64,000 nt of DNA. Origin: Lama guanicoe. Taxonomy: Eukaryota. Positions 24,050-34,535 of the stretch are shown here, in pieces. Where the stretch lies: assembly GCA_013239625.1 (NCBI GenBank), contig MU054212.1:310001-374000 (forward strand). The letters are read 5' to 3'. Both the position numbers and the translations under genes were made by a program. The notes beneath the pieces are model-generated. The model had not been told where the DNA came from. It saw nothing but the letters and a program-made list of their open reading frames with translations, and did no database searches. Within the stretch, counting starts at the first letter, position 1. The number at the start of each line of letters is the position of its first letter.

Positions 24050-27000
24050 AGTCAGTGAAGACTAGAAATCATTAGCAGCTGGGTTACCATGTGCCACAGT
24101 CTCACAGACCTCCTGTTGTGAGAGCATAAGTGACTGACAGTCTCAGATCCTGTCCCTCTGGATCCACCCCTGCATTTGCCCCAGGCCACACTTCCCATGA
24201 ACTGCTCCCAGGCAATGACAGAACATGGCAGAGGTGCTAAGGCAGGTCCATTCCGACAATATGTAGAGCTTCTCAGTGACGGATTCCAGGACTCCCCAGC
24301 AACATGGCCAAGCCTTTCTTGGCACTGCAGTGCAGTCTGTGACACCTCCTACCCAGTCCTCTGTCCTTCCCTCTTCCCTTCTACACTGACAGTCTAAAGC
24401 TTCTTCCTGCCTCCCCCTGCTCCCTCTCCAAAAATCTCTTTCATGTCTAATCCCACCTTGGCATTTGCCTTGTGGATTCAAACTAACACAGGTGACACAG
24501 AGAGTAGTCTGAGAAAATGAGCAGGAAGATGGGAATTTGGGACCAGCTCACTCCCCAAAACATTAGATTAAAAGAGTGCTCTCCTGCTTGATAGGTAGGG
24601 CACAGAGAGTGCCTCACACAAGGTGGGGGACCAATTGCTAAAGATTTCACCTGGGGAAATGTCCCAGTGGAAGGGAACATTGGTACAGGTCCAATCATTC
24701 AGGCATTTGAAAGACAACAAAGTGGCTACAAAGATGACTGAGTTGACTGCTAATTAACTGCTCAGTGGTACTGATGCCCTGCAGAGAGGTAGTAAGAAAT
24801 GAGGGCCATTGAAAAGCAGTTAAAGGGTCCTTTTTGGTTGTTTTTACAGAAGCTTTCATCTCTTGCAATGGAAAAGAAGAAAAGGGAGTAGCAGGCTGCA
24901 GATAGACAGTTCAAGTTGCAGAGCTCTAGTGATGTTTGGATATCAGCCAACGTAGGTCTGTTATGCTAAGGTGAGGATACTTGCTGGGGAACACTGGAAC
25001 CCAAAAAAATGGATGGGAACATGTGGATGGATGCTTTGAAGATGTTGGCTGTGCAGGTCTCCCTGAATCTTCAGAGCCTACAGAGATGGTCTATCCATCC
25101 CTAGCCAGATGAAGAACCTCCACTGTGTTGGAAAATACTGCAGAGGCTGGCCACAACAAGGAAGCAGATGCCCCCACCTCAGAAGCTGCCCTCTCCTCCA
25201 CTCTTGGCTACCCAGCTGAGGACCTGCTTGGCCTGATAAAAGAAGAAAGAGACTCTACCCCAAAGAGATTGTAAGAGATAAGTAAACCTAATTACATCTT
25301 CCCCCACCAACAAAAAGTGGGGGAGAGAGAGATTGCAAGAGTTCGTTAGCACGAATGAGCAGCAGCCAGGTGACCCTGGGACTGGATTTTAAGGGTGCAT
25401 GATGAAGGGCCAGAATATGACTGGGTTGGATAAGCAAGAGTCCATTGACTTGAAGGCACTTTTTCTGGGATGTGGGACTTAAAACCTGTCAAAGATTCCA
25501 GGTTATAGGGAAAACTCACTGCTAGGATGGCTCTGAGAAGTCTGATAACAGTGATGCCCAACACTCTGCAAAGCAGAAATGCCTGATTTGCTCTGACAGG
25601 AGCTAGAGGGAAAAATAGAGAGGCTAAGGGAAGCGAACTAGACCAAGATGTGAGTGAGACAAGAGAAGTACAAGGGGGAAAAATTTAAGAAGCCACTCAC
25701 TCTCAGGATTGTGTAGGAGCAGAGTCTCCTGCTCACCCTCATCCTGAACCTGGAAGTAGGTATGCTAGAATGCACAGTTAAGTAAGGCCAGAAGACCTCC
25801 CAGAGGATTTGTTCCATAGGAGCACTCAGAAGAAACATCTTTCCCCATAGCCATCAGGAATGCACTAAGAGAGGCAACAGCATCACTAAGAAATTTGGTG
25901 GTGTCTCTCCTGTAAGCCACAGAGAACTGTGGGAGAGGCCAGCACTGAGCTGACTCATTAATATTCATGAGATGGTAAAACTCCCTGAAGTACATATAGA
26001 GACCAGGTGACAGCATTTAACTGCAGAAGCCAGAAGTTGCAATCACCTTAATGACTTGCAAGATCAGAGCAGTCAAGAGGTTTGACCCACAGGAAGTTGT
26101 GAAAATGGTTAACAGAGCACGATTTCCCTAGGAGCAAAATAGAAGGACTGCCAACAAGTGTACTACTTAACATAAAAAAAAAAGGCAAGAATGGAAGAAC
26201 AAGAAGCCAGCAACAATATCTATAAAAGTCATGGACCTTTGCTCAGTTCACAGACCCAAGCAAATCTTGAGATCCAGAATCCCTTGGCTAAATACCACAG
26301 AAAGTATGTACTGTAATGATTCCTATGAGACCCCCTACAGCAACTTGGCAATTGGAGTAACCCCCACACTGACCCTTCGGCCTATGGGGTAAGAGCTACC
26401 ATAGTGGGAAAGACAAGTGGAAATCTTTGAAACTGTCCTTTCTCACAGACAACATAGTCAAAAATGATACTGCAACCTGGAGATGATACCAGAGATTAGT
26501 TCTGCCATTAAAGATCTAAAGGAGGCAAAGATGGTGGCTATCATATTTTTATTTAATTCACAAATCTGGCCCTTGCAAAAGCCATTCTTGGAGAACGGTT
26601 ATAGACCAAGCTCAATCAAACAGTATCCCTGATCATGGCTGTGAAATTGTACTAACTACCCCTCTTATAATGCTCCTCTCAGAAAGAGGTACACAAGGGA
26701 AGTTGCTCCCCAGACCAATGTGAAGAAGTAGATCTGTGTGGCTCAAGGGTTAGAATTCAGTAGTCATGAAAATGCTCTCTCAGGCCACTTGCTGTGGGAG
26801 CATAATTGGCTAACAACCTCAGATCCTGTCTCTCTGAATCCACCATTGCATTTGCCCCAAGGCCACACTCCCCATGGGCTGTTTTCAGCCAGTGATGAAG
26901 CACAACAGAGGTACCAAGACAGCCCATTCTGGAAATACACAGGACTCCTCAGTGACTGCAATTCCAGGATTCCCCATCAGCCTGGCCAAATCTTTCTTGG

Positions 27001-27050
27001 CACTGCACTGCAGTTTGAGACACCTCCTTGGTCCTTCCCTCTCTTCTTCA
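24050..27050 (+). mobile_element. ERVL provirus remnant with two LTR16-type LTRs (~24050-24490 and ~26735-27050) and a deleted internal region
   Basis: The two LTRs align with each other (ctcagatcctgtc(c/t)ctctg(g/a)atccacc...gcatttgcccc...ggccacact...ctttcttggcactgca); ERVL gag/pro-like relics lie between them. Confidence 0.85.
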
Positions 27051-27743
27051 TGAATGATCGTAACACACTCCTCCACCTTCTCCTGCTCATTCCCCCACTA
27101 GATCTGTTTCTTAGTGGACCTGAACTAGCACACCCTGAAAGCTTGAGAGAAAGGATCTGCATTTCCACTGGCAACGTTTTAAAACTATACAAGGTGATCA
27201 GAGACATTTAGTTCTTTATTTTTACTACAACAAAGGTTATCTGTTAGAGTCTGAAGATGATTAAGAAAATAAACCTGGAACATAAGTGGGCATCCTGGAT
27301 CACGTATAGGCACCTTTGTTGATCTATTTTTGCATAAAACATAGCCAGAGCACAAAGGGGCAGCTGCAGACTCAGAGCCAAGGTAAGCATGCATTGTACT
27401 GTCGGTGCCAGCCCACAAGTGGGATCTGCCCAGAGCTGGTCTTCCTTGTGTTCCTAACTTGTCTGAAAATGTTTAGAGACTGTCATTCCTGGATCAGCAC
27501 TTTTAATTTGAGTCTTGGTGCCAACAGTACCTTTAATTTTGTGGTTTCCATTCATCTGCTGTTGGCGTGGCTGTTAATGCATGCAACCTCACCCAGAGAA
27601 TAATAAATGGTTCCCCGTTTCTGGTGGAGTAAACCTAGATTAGAAGCCATAATTTGGTGGACTCTGCTCAGATGAGCCAGTTTCTACCAGGTTTGTGGTT
27701 GATTTAACCTAAAATGAAGTGCAATGATCTATTTGCTTTCCAG

Positions 27744-27794
27744 ATACGTCCAGGATTTTAGGAGTGGTCCAAAATTACTTTGGATCCATGAAAG
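27744..27794 (+). pseudogene. Putative relic exon
   Basis: Acceptor tctatttgctttccAG, donor AAG|gtgtgg. Reads (D)TSRILGVVQNYFGSMK with no stop. Confidence 0.4.
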
Positions 27795-28591
27795 GTGTGG
27801 TTTTTCTAGGAGTCACCCAGAACTAAGGGATCCTAGAGTTATTCTTGGTGACTAATGGACAAATCATTCAATGTCTCTGTGCCTTCATTTCCTAATGGGT
27901 ATAATAATCCCTCCCTTTGAGAAGGTTGTGATGCTTTATATGTTTGTATAGAATGCCTTAAAATCCTTAATTGGGATAAGGGAAAAAGTGTTCTCATATG
28001 TAGCATTTTCAATTTAAGGACAAAGAAGTGATCAAAACTTGAGGCTTAGTTTATTAGGCTTTCTTAACTTAATTTTATCTATACTGAAGTCTCTTGAATG
28101 AACATTTATTGGCACATTTTATTTGTCAAGGGTGTAGACTGTGCCTAGCATATCTTTGGCAGCAGTACCTAGCACTATGATGGATATTTAATAAATGCAC
28201 ATCAACTTGTAGGAAGCCAATGTAGCAAAGTGAAGAAGTCACTGACTATGAATCCCAAGACCAGGATTTAAGTTTCAGCTCTATTAATGCGCTACAGAAT
28301 CTTCCACAAATCATTTGACTCTAATTTTCTCTTCTGAGAATGAGAACATTGGTGTTAATCATTTCTTAAGTAACATATAAATTTTTAAAAATAATCTATC
28401 ACAATCTGTGATGTTATTACTCTTTTATATTAATCTACTGATGAGACACTTTTGAAAAAGAAGAAACATGGAGATGTTTATAAGTAAATATTTTTATATT
28501 TTATTTTTCTCAAAATTTATACAGCTTTTTAAAAGACATTGTGGTATAATTCAAAGAGTACTAGACCTGTATTCTAAAAATGGATTTGCTA

Positions 28592-28700
28592 AAAAGAGTA
28601 TCTATATGTATAAATGAATCACTATGCTGTGCACCAGAAATTAACACAATTTTGTAAATCAACCGTATTTCAACAAAAAAAAAGAGAGAGAGAGAGAAAG
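28592..28700 (+). mobile_element. Short 5'-truncated L1 3' end inside a MIR
   Basis: gaatcactatgctgtgcaccagaaattaacacaattttgtaaatcaac plus A/(GA)n tail; TSD AAAAATG(G/T)ATTTGCTA at 28576-28591 and 28701-28716. Confidence 0.75.
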
Positions 28701-28869
28701 AAAAATGTATTTGCTACTAAATGTTTTGGGGGATTTGCGTAACATTTCACATTTGTAGGACTCAGTTTCTTATATGTAAAATTAGGGTATTAGATTAATT
28801 CTAAAGACTCTTCCTACTCAATCTGAGGTCTATTCCAGTTCTAATAGTGTGTAATTCTTCTAAGTGACA

Positions 28870-29440
28870 TTCCTGATTACAATGGTAATTTTAAAATACT
28901 CATTTAAAATGTTCAAAGATAACGAATATACTAAGTAAAAATTTAAGAGCCCATTGTAATGATGTTTCTTAGAGATTAGTGTTAAAAGCTTGGTATGTAA
29001 TCTCAAATTTTACACTGATATAGTTACATGGATGTACTATTACATAATCTATTATTTTACAAAATGAAAGCACATCATACATACTTTTATGATATTTGTT
29101 TTTTATTTAATAATATATAATGAACATCTTTCAACCAGAAATATGTAGCTCTATCTCATTCTTTTTTATGATTCTTTTCCTTTGAATGGATGTATCCAAT
29201 CTATTCACCTATCTCCTACTGATGAACATTTAAATTGTTTTAAAATTTTTATAGTGGGCATTCTGGATCACCTATAGGCATCTTTGTTTATCTATTTTTG
29301 TATAACTTTGGAAGTATTTCTTTAAGGTAAATTCCTAAAAGTGGAATTTCTGGGTGAAAAGGTACAATTTTATATGTAGAGCCAAACTCTTCTCCAAACA
29401 ACTGTTAACAATTTACAACTCCACAAACAATGTATGAGAT
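28870..29440 (-). mobile_element. Old L1 (L1ME-like) 3' fragment
   Basis: ctactgatgaacatttaaattgttt...aggtaaattcctaaaagtggaatttctggg...aatttacaactccacaaacaatgtatgag. Confidence 0.7.
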
Positions 29441-29619
29441 AAAAACACCAGGTGGTGCTAATCATGCTAACTCAGGCATACCATGTGGTGAGAACTGGGG
29501 AGGCTTACTATCTAGTTTGGACCTTTGCCTCAAAATAAATCTATTCTAGTGCTGACATAGAAGATATACTCTTAATTCAGGTCTGACTGGTCCACCGTCA
29601 GGCATATCACATGTGGTCC

Positions 29620-29865
29620 CCCAAAGCAGAACTAGTGCCAATGTGTGGAAATAACAGACAGGTAAATTCTGAGTCAGTAAAGAGAAAAAACTTCTTAGCA
29701 TCAGAATTTTTCCATTAAGGAGTACACTGCTTCTTAACTAGTGAGTACTGTATTATTATAAATGGTATATTATAAATGGTAATCAGCTGAAGGCTAGATG
29801 ACCTTTTATAAAATAAGTAATTAGATCTGATGACTTCTTTAAAGTCTCCTTCAGATTCTAGGGCT
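29620..29865 (+). mobile_element. L3/CR1 3' fragment
   Basis: gcagaactagtgccaatgtgtggaaataacagacagg...aggctagatgacc...gatgacttctttaaagtctccttcagattctagg. Confidence 0.55.
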
Positions 29866-30310
29866 CAACACACAGATTTGAAGGATAAGAATTAGGGTTA
29901 AATCTTCCCACAGACATTTGCCTAGACTCTGTTTCATGTCAGAATAACAATTTTTATGTCTTCTCTATCCTATTCAAATATTTCATTAGGTTAATTGTTG
30001 TAAGTTTAGATAACTATTTCTTTCAGAGCTCAAGGTTAACATCTCTATTTCCATTCAATTATTCAACAAATATGTATACTATGTGCCAGGCAGATTTCTA
30101 GCTGGAGATCTGACAGTGAACAAAACAGATGATTTTTGCTCTCATAGAATTTATAGATTGTGCATGTAAACGTAAGGCTACATTTGCAGGCTGCCATAAA
30201 CACGTACTTTAACTGACTACAAAATTAATTGGCTAGGCTGTCCAGTAAATCTGATTATGTCCATTAAGAAAGTAAGAAACATGTGACCATTTCTCACCAT
30301 TTTTTTTCAG

Positions 30311-30365
30311 CAGACATAAAACAGAGCAGAAAGCAGAAATAATTCCCTGAACATCTGAGGTAAAG
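30311..30365 (+). pseudogene. Putative relic exon
   Basis: Acceptor ttctcaccattttttttcAG; two in-frame donors, GAG|gtaaag (30359) and AAG|gtaaga (30365). Reads (A)DIKQSRKQK*FPEHL. Confidence 0.45.
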
Positions 30366-30471
30366 GTAAGAGCTGAAATAATTATCTAATCTAAAAGTAA
30401 AACAAACCAACCACGTTTAATGGTCTAGGAAACTGCATCTGTGCTCCCTTTTCACCTACACATCTTCACAG

Positions 30472-30721
30472 TCCCAAATTCTAAGATTAGAAACCTCTGA
30501 ATACTCGAAGAACATGGACATTCTCTGGCCCCAAGCCCAATGACACATTTCCTCTGACAGAAAGGCTACAGAAACAAGAGAAAACAAGGAAAGGTTCACA
30601 GGATGGCTTGGGTTGAACTGTATGTGTTTATGTAGAAAAGTGCCAACTAGACCACGCATCAAGGAAAAAACATCATAAAGAGATTTCCCAAAGAAATCCC
30701 TGAGCCAAAACTCTTTCTCAG
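30472..30721 (+). pseudogene. Putative relic exon
   Basis: Acceptor cttttcacctacacatcttcacAG, donor CAG|gtaaaa; 250 nt, purine-rich and exon-like. 4 stops in one frame, 2 in another; frame ambiguous. Confidence 0.4.
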
Positions 30722-30902
30722 GTAAAAATATCATTATCTCAGGGCACATTCCTCTCCTATCATGCATGCATGAGCACAGTGCTTCCTGTTGAAAGCTCAT
30801 TCTGAAAATAAAATGCAGTCCCTTGGTAAGCCTAGCTTCCCATGAAGACAGGGCAGAGTAAACAAAATAATCCCCACTTTTGGTTACATTGATTTATTTT
30901 AG

Positions 30903-31137
30903 GTAGGATCTAGAATGTTCAGGGAATAGAAATCCTCTGAGAAATTCTGGCCCTTTGAAATACAGCCCTACCAGTTAAACTTGGCGAAAGGTTTTTAAGC
31001 CTCATTTTTAAAACACTCAGCAAGGAAATTTGTATACCTCAGGAGCTTAAAAATAAAATCAGTTATTTCTTTGTCAGGTTTCCAACCTAACATTCAGGGC
31101 AAACCATCACCCTTTACCCTATGGTCCCTGAACTCGT
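30903..31137 (+). pseudogene. Two putative small relic exons (30903-30990 and 31078-31137)
   Basis: Acceptors gatttattttAG and ttatttctttgtcAG; weak donors AAG|gttttt and CGT|gtaact. Joined reading VGSRMFRE*KSSEKFWPFEIQPYQLNLAK-GFQPNIQGKPSPFTLWSLNS. Confidence 0.3.
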
Positions 31138-31224
31138 GTAACTAACTGGGGATAGACATAATCCCTCTTCTGTAATTGGAGGCTAACCCACTTGGTGTTT
31201 CATTGGGCTTGGTGGGGCCCTGGT

Positions 31225-31360
31225 GGGGAGGGTATAGCTCAAGTGGTAGAGCACATGCTTAGCACACATGAGGCCCTGGGTTCAATCCCCATGTACCTCC
31301 TTTAAAAATAAAACCTAACTACCTCCTCCCCTACCAAAAACAAACAAACAAACAAAAAAA
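31225..31360 (+). mobile_element. tRNA-Ala-derived SINE of camelid (vic-1) type
   Basis: GGGGAGGGTATAGCTCAAGTGGTAGAGCACATGCTTAGC...GGGTTCAATCCCC (Pol III A and B boxes), unique tail, (CAAA)n/A tail. Confidence 0.85.
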
Positions 31361-32099
31361 GACCCTCACCCTCAAGGAGAGCGAAATCCTGACACAGAAT
31401 GTACACTTTGACGTTTTTTAGGCTGCAACAAATGAAATGGTCAATTTTGGAAACTGCATACAAGCAAGATCTCATTCTTCCAGACCTAAGTTTCTTCATC
31501 TATAATTTGAGGATGTTCAACAAGATGAGCTCAAAGATCCTAGGTCTAATACTCTGTGATTCTAAGAGTTACAGGATCAAGTTCATACACAGATGCACAG
31601 GAAAATATATGCATAGGTGCCCTTTGCTACTGTAATTTTGTTACAGAAAGAAAAAATTATTCATTTAACAAGTATTATTGAACTCCTGCCTTGGGCAAAG
31701 CCCTATTAAATAGGTACTTTTATGATATGCAAATGCTAAGAGTTTATTGGGCTATTTACAGGGAGAAAATTCTAAACTATTTTGGGGGCTTGAATTCTTT
31801 GACCTTTAAACTCAATTTAACTTTCTCTATGTCAAATGCTTGGTCATGCCTAGGAATTCTAACAGGGATGCTTAACAACTACAGTCATAATTTTCTTCCA
31901 GTGCCCTTTGTAAGCCCTGGGCTGAGTCTATGAATGAGAAGGAACAAGCTGAGCCACAGGAATTTCACAACTTCATTCAGGCATTCACATCATTATAAAG
32001 GATAATTTATGAAATTATAAATGTGCCAGATTCTCCCAGCGTAGGTGCTCACTCTTATGAATAAGAGATAAATCCTAAAAGTATGTTAACTCTTTTAGT

Positions 32100-32400
32100 C
32101 AATCAATCATTCACCCCACAAACATTGCCTGGGCACTTATTACATCAGGCAGTGGGCTTGGATTTGAGATATGGAAACAAACAGTCCCTCTCTTCAAGAG
32201 CTCATATTCTATTGCACAAAACAGATAAGTAAACAAATAACTTTGCACTACTTTTTGACAAGTATTTGTGCAAAGTTCTATAATCATATGACATGGCAGG
32301 AGAGGGACATCAGAGTACTTAATTCACAAAGAAGGCAACATCTGAATTGGAATTTTAAGATATAAATTCCATGCAGAGGGGATGGCAGGAGTAGGGTGGG
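32100..32400 (-). mobile_element. L2 fragment
   Basis: cattcaccccacaaacattgcctgggcacttattacatcaggc...cagtccctctcttcaagagctcatattcta. Confidence 0.6.
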
Positions 32401-32419
32401 GAATGGAAACTAAAGGCTA

Positions 32420-33665
32420 CACATTTACTAAACGCATACACAGTTATGATTTTTGTGTCTTTTAGGTGGAATGACTCTTTTATCATTATATAATGTCTCA
32501 CTTCATCCCTGGTGATTTTTCTTTGCTCTTAAGTCTACTTTGTCAGATATCAGTATAACTACTCCAGTTTTCTTTTGATTAGTGTTTGAATGATATGCTT
32601 TTTTCCCATTATTTTACATTTAATCTTCCTGTATCATTATATTTGTGGTAAGTTTCTTATAGATAGCATATAGTTGGCTGATATCTTTTTACCCATTCTG
32701 ATTATCTCTTTTAATTGGTGTGTTTATTTACATTTGATGTAATTATTGATATATTTAAATTTAGGCCTACCATTATTTGTTTATTCTTTCCTTGCTATGT
32801 TTTCTCTTCCTCTGTTACCCTTTCCCTTCCTTCTTTTGGGTTATTTGAGCATTTTTTAGTATTCTACTGAATTTATCCATTGTGTTTTTTTTACTGTTTT
32901 TCTTTGTATAGTTTGGAGAAGGGGGTCATGGAGGGGTTGGTTGCTATAGGTATTACAGTAAACATACTGAACTTTTCTCAGTCTAACTAGAATCAATATT
33001 TTTCAACTTCAAATACAATATGAAAGTGTTTTCACAATACAGATTCCTTTACTGTCCCTGAATCATGTTGTAATTGTCTTGTGTATTACATCTACATACA
33101 TTGAAAATCCCATCAGACAATGTTATAGTTTTTGCTTTCAACTATCAAATATATTTTAGACAGCTGAAAAGGAGAATTGTCTATTATACCTACTCAGATA
33201 TTTGCCATTTATAGTGCTCTTCCTTAATTCCTGATGTTCTAAATTTCCATTTGGTGTCATTTCCTTTCTGTCTTAAGAATTTCAATTAGTAATTCTTTTA
33301 AAAAAGGTCTGTTGGTGATAAATTCTGTCAGTTTCCTTCATCTGAGAATGATTTTAACTTCACCTTCATTCCTGAAAGATATTTTCACTGGATACAGAAT
33401 TCTGGGTTGACAATTCTTTTCCTTCAGCACTTCTAAATTGTCCCATTTTCTTCTTGCCTGTATAATTTCTAATGAGAAAACTGTAGTGCATACTTGAATA
33501 ATACATTATTTTTCTCTTGCTGCTTACAAATATTTTCTTTGCCTTTCGTTTTCAGCAGTTTGTGATGTGCCAGGGCGTAGCTTTCTTTGGATTTGTCTTG
33601 GTTAGTATTCACTGAATTCACTGACCTTTTTGAATCTGTAGATTTATGTTTCTCAAAATTGAGAA
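32420..33665 (-). mobile_element. Old L1 (ORF1/ORF2 junction region)
   Basis: T-rich antisense L1: gatagcatatagttggctg, ccttcattcctgaaagatattttcactggatacagaattctgggttgac. Confidence 0.8.
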
Positions 33666-33689
33666 AGTGTACATTAAAAATATATATAT

Positions 33690-33950
33690 AGGTATTCTGT
33701 ATGACTCCACTTATTTGAATTCATAGAAATTCATAGTCAAATTCATAGAGTCAAAGAATGGAATGGCAGTTTCCAGGGGCTGAACTCAGGGAGAAATGGG
33801 GAGTTACTAAGCAACAGACATAAAGCATCAGTTAAGCAAGATAAATAAGCTCTAAAAGGTTCAATAATATATTATATCTTTTAAACTTTTCTTAAGAATG
33901 TAGATCTCATATCAAGTGTTCATACCACAATAAATTTTTTTTTTTAATTT
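33690..33950 (+). mobile_element. L1MA-type 3' end
   Basis: tcaaattcatagagtcaaagaatggaatggcagtttccagggg...gtagatctcatatcaagtgttcataccacaataaa. Confidence 0.75.
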
Positions 33951-34330
33951 TAAGGGAGTGTATACTCTTACTTCTTTGTGAGCACATTTGTCAGATAATT
34001 CCAACAGCTGTGACACATCATATCTGTTAACACTTACACAAGTTGAGATTTTCTTGGTTTTCAGTTCTGTTCCATACGTGTGCCACCCAATTACCTGTCC
34101 GAGACTTGGGCTATTATCTATCCCTGAGTTCTGCTCTTAAGGTCTTTTAAAGGATTAAAATTGCAGTATTGCTTCCATTAAGCTGATATTTGTTTTCTCC
34201 TTTTGCCTAACTGTAAGCAACCTAGTTCAACCACATGTGAAGTTTGTTATCCTTTGACCCACTAGAGGTACTACTTTGTTCTCAGAACTACTTTGTTCTA
34301 CTTCTTCCTGCTGTTTTCTATCTTACCAAG

Positions 34331-34535
34331 CTGAAAGACTACCATAGATTCAATTATATAAAGACAAAATTTGTATTCAGGAGAAGAAAAGAATCTCTTG
34401 TTGCTCGATTTGACAGCAATTTGAATCCCTGCATGACTGGACCATTTGATTGTGCCATTTAAAGCAACTAACAACAACATAAAAAGCCCCAACATTCCAA
34501 AGACTAGCCAACTGAATGGCCAGTGACACAATAAA
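34331..34535 (+). pseudogene. Putative terminal relic exon with poly(A) signal
   Basis: Acceptor cttcttcctgctgttttctatcttaccaAG. Reads ERLP*IQLYKDKICIQEKKRISCCSI*QQFESLHDWTI*LCHLKQLTTT*; AATAAA at 34530-34535. Confidence 0.35.

Larger units (their letters stand above)
1528..34535 (+). pseudogene. Candidate decayed multi-exon gene encoding tandem doublecortin (DCX)-like repeats with possible ricin-B-like segments (DCDC1-like architecture)
   Basis: About 18 unique non-repeat segments, most bounded by pyrimidine-rich ...AG acceptors and GT donors, translate into protein-like text interrupted by stops. A DCX-like pattern recurs at 2570-3070, 15700-15850, 15985-16180 and 16330-22680. AATAAA at 34530-34535. 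Family assignment is my pattern match, not a database result. Confidence 0.5.

Noticed and set aside
26738..27211. 157-aa ORF on the + strand
   Set aside because: Lies mostly within the 3' LTR of the ERVL provirus; no protein signature.
31225..31300. tRNA-Ala-like gene
   Set aside because: Degenerate anticodon and acceptor stems, no oligo-T terminator, and a SINE body with an A-rich tail follows; it is a SINE.
34271..34300. Short direct duplication ctactttgttct upstream of the last putative acceptor
   Set aside because: A 12-bp slippage-type duplication with no evidence of function.
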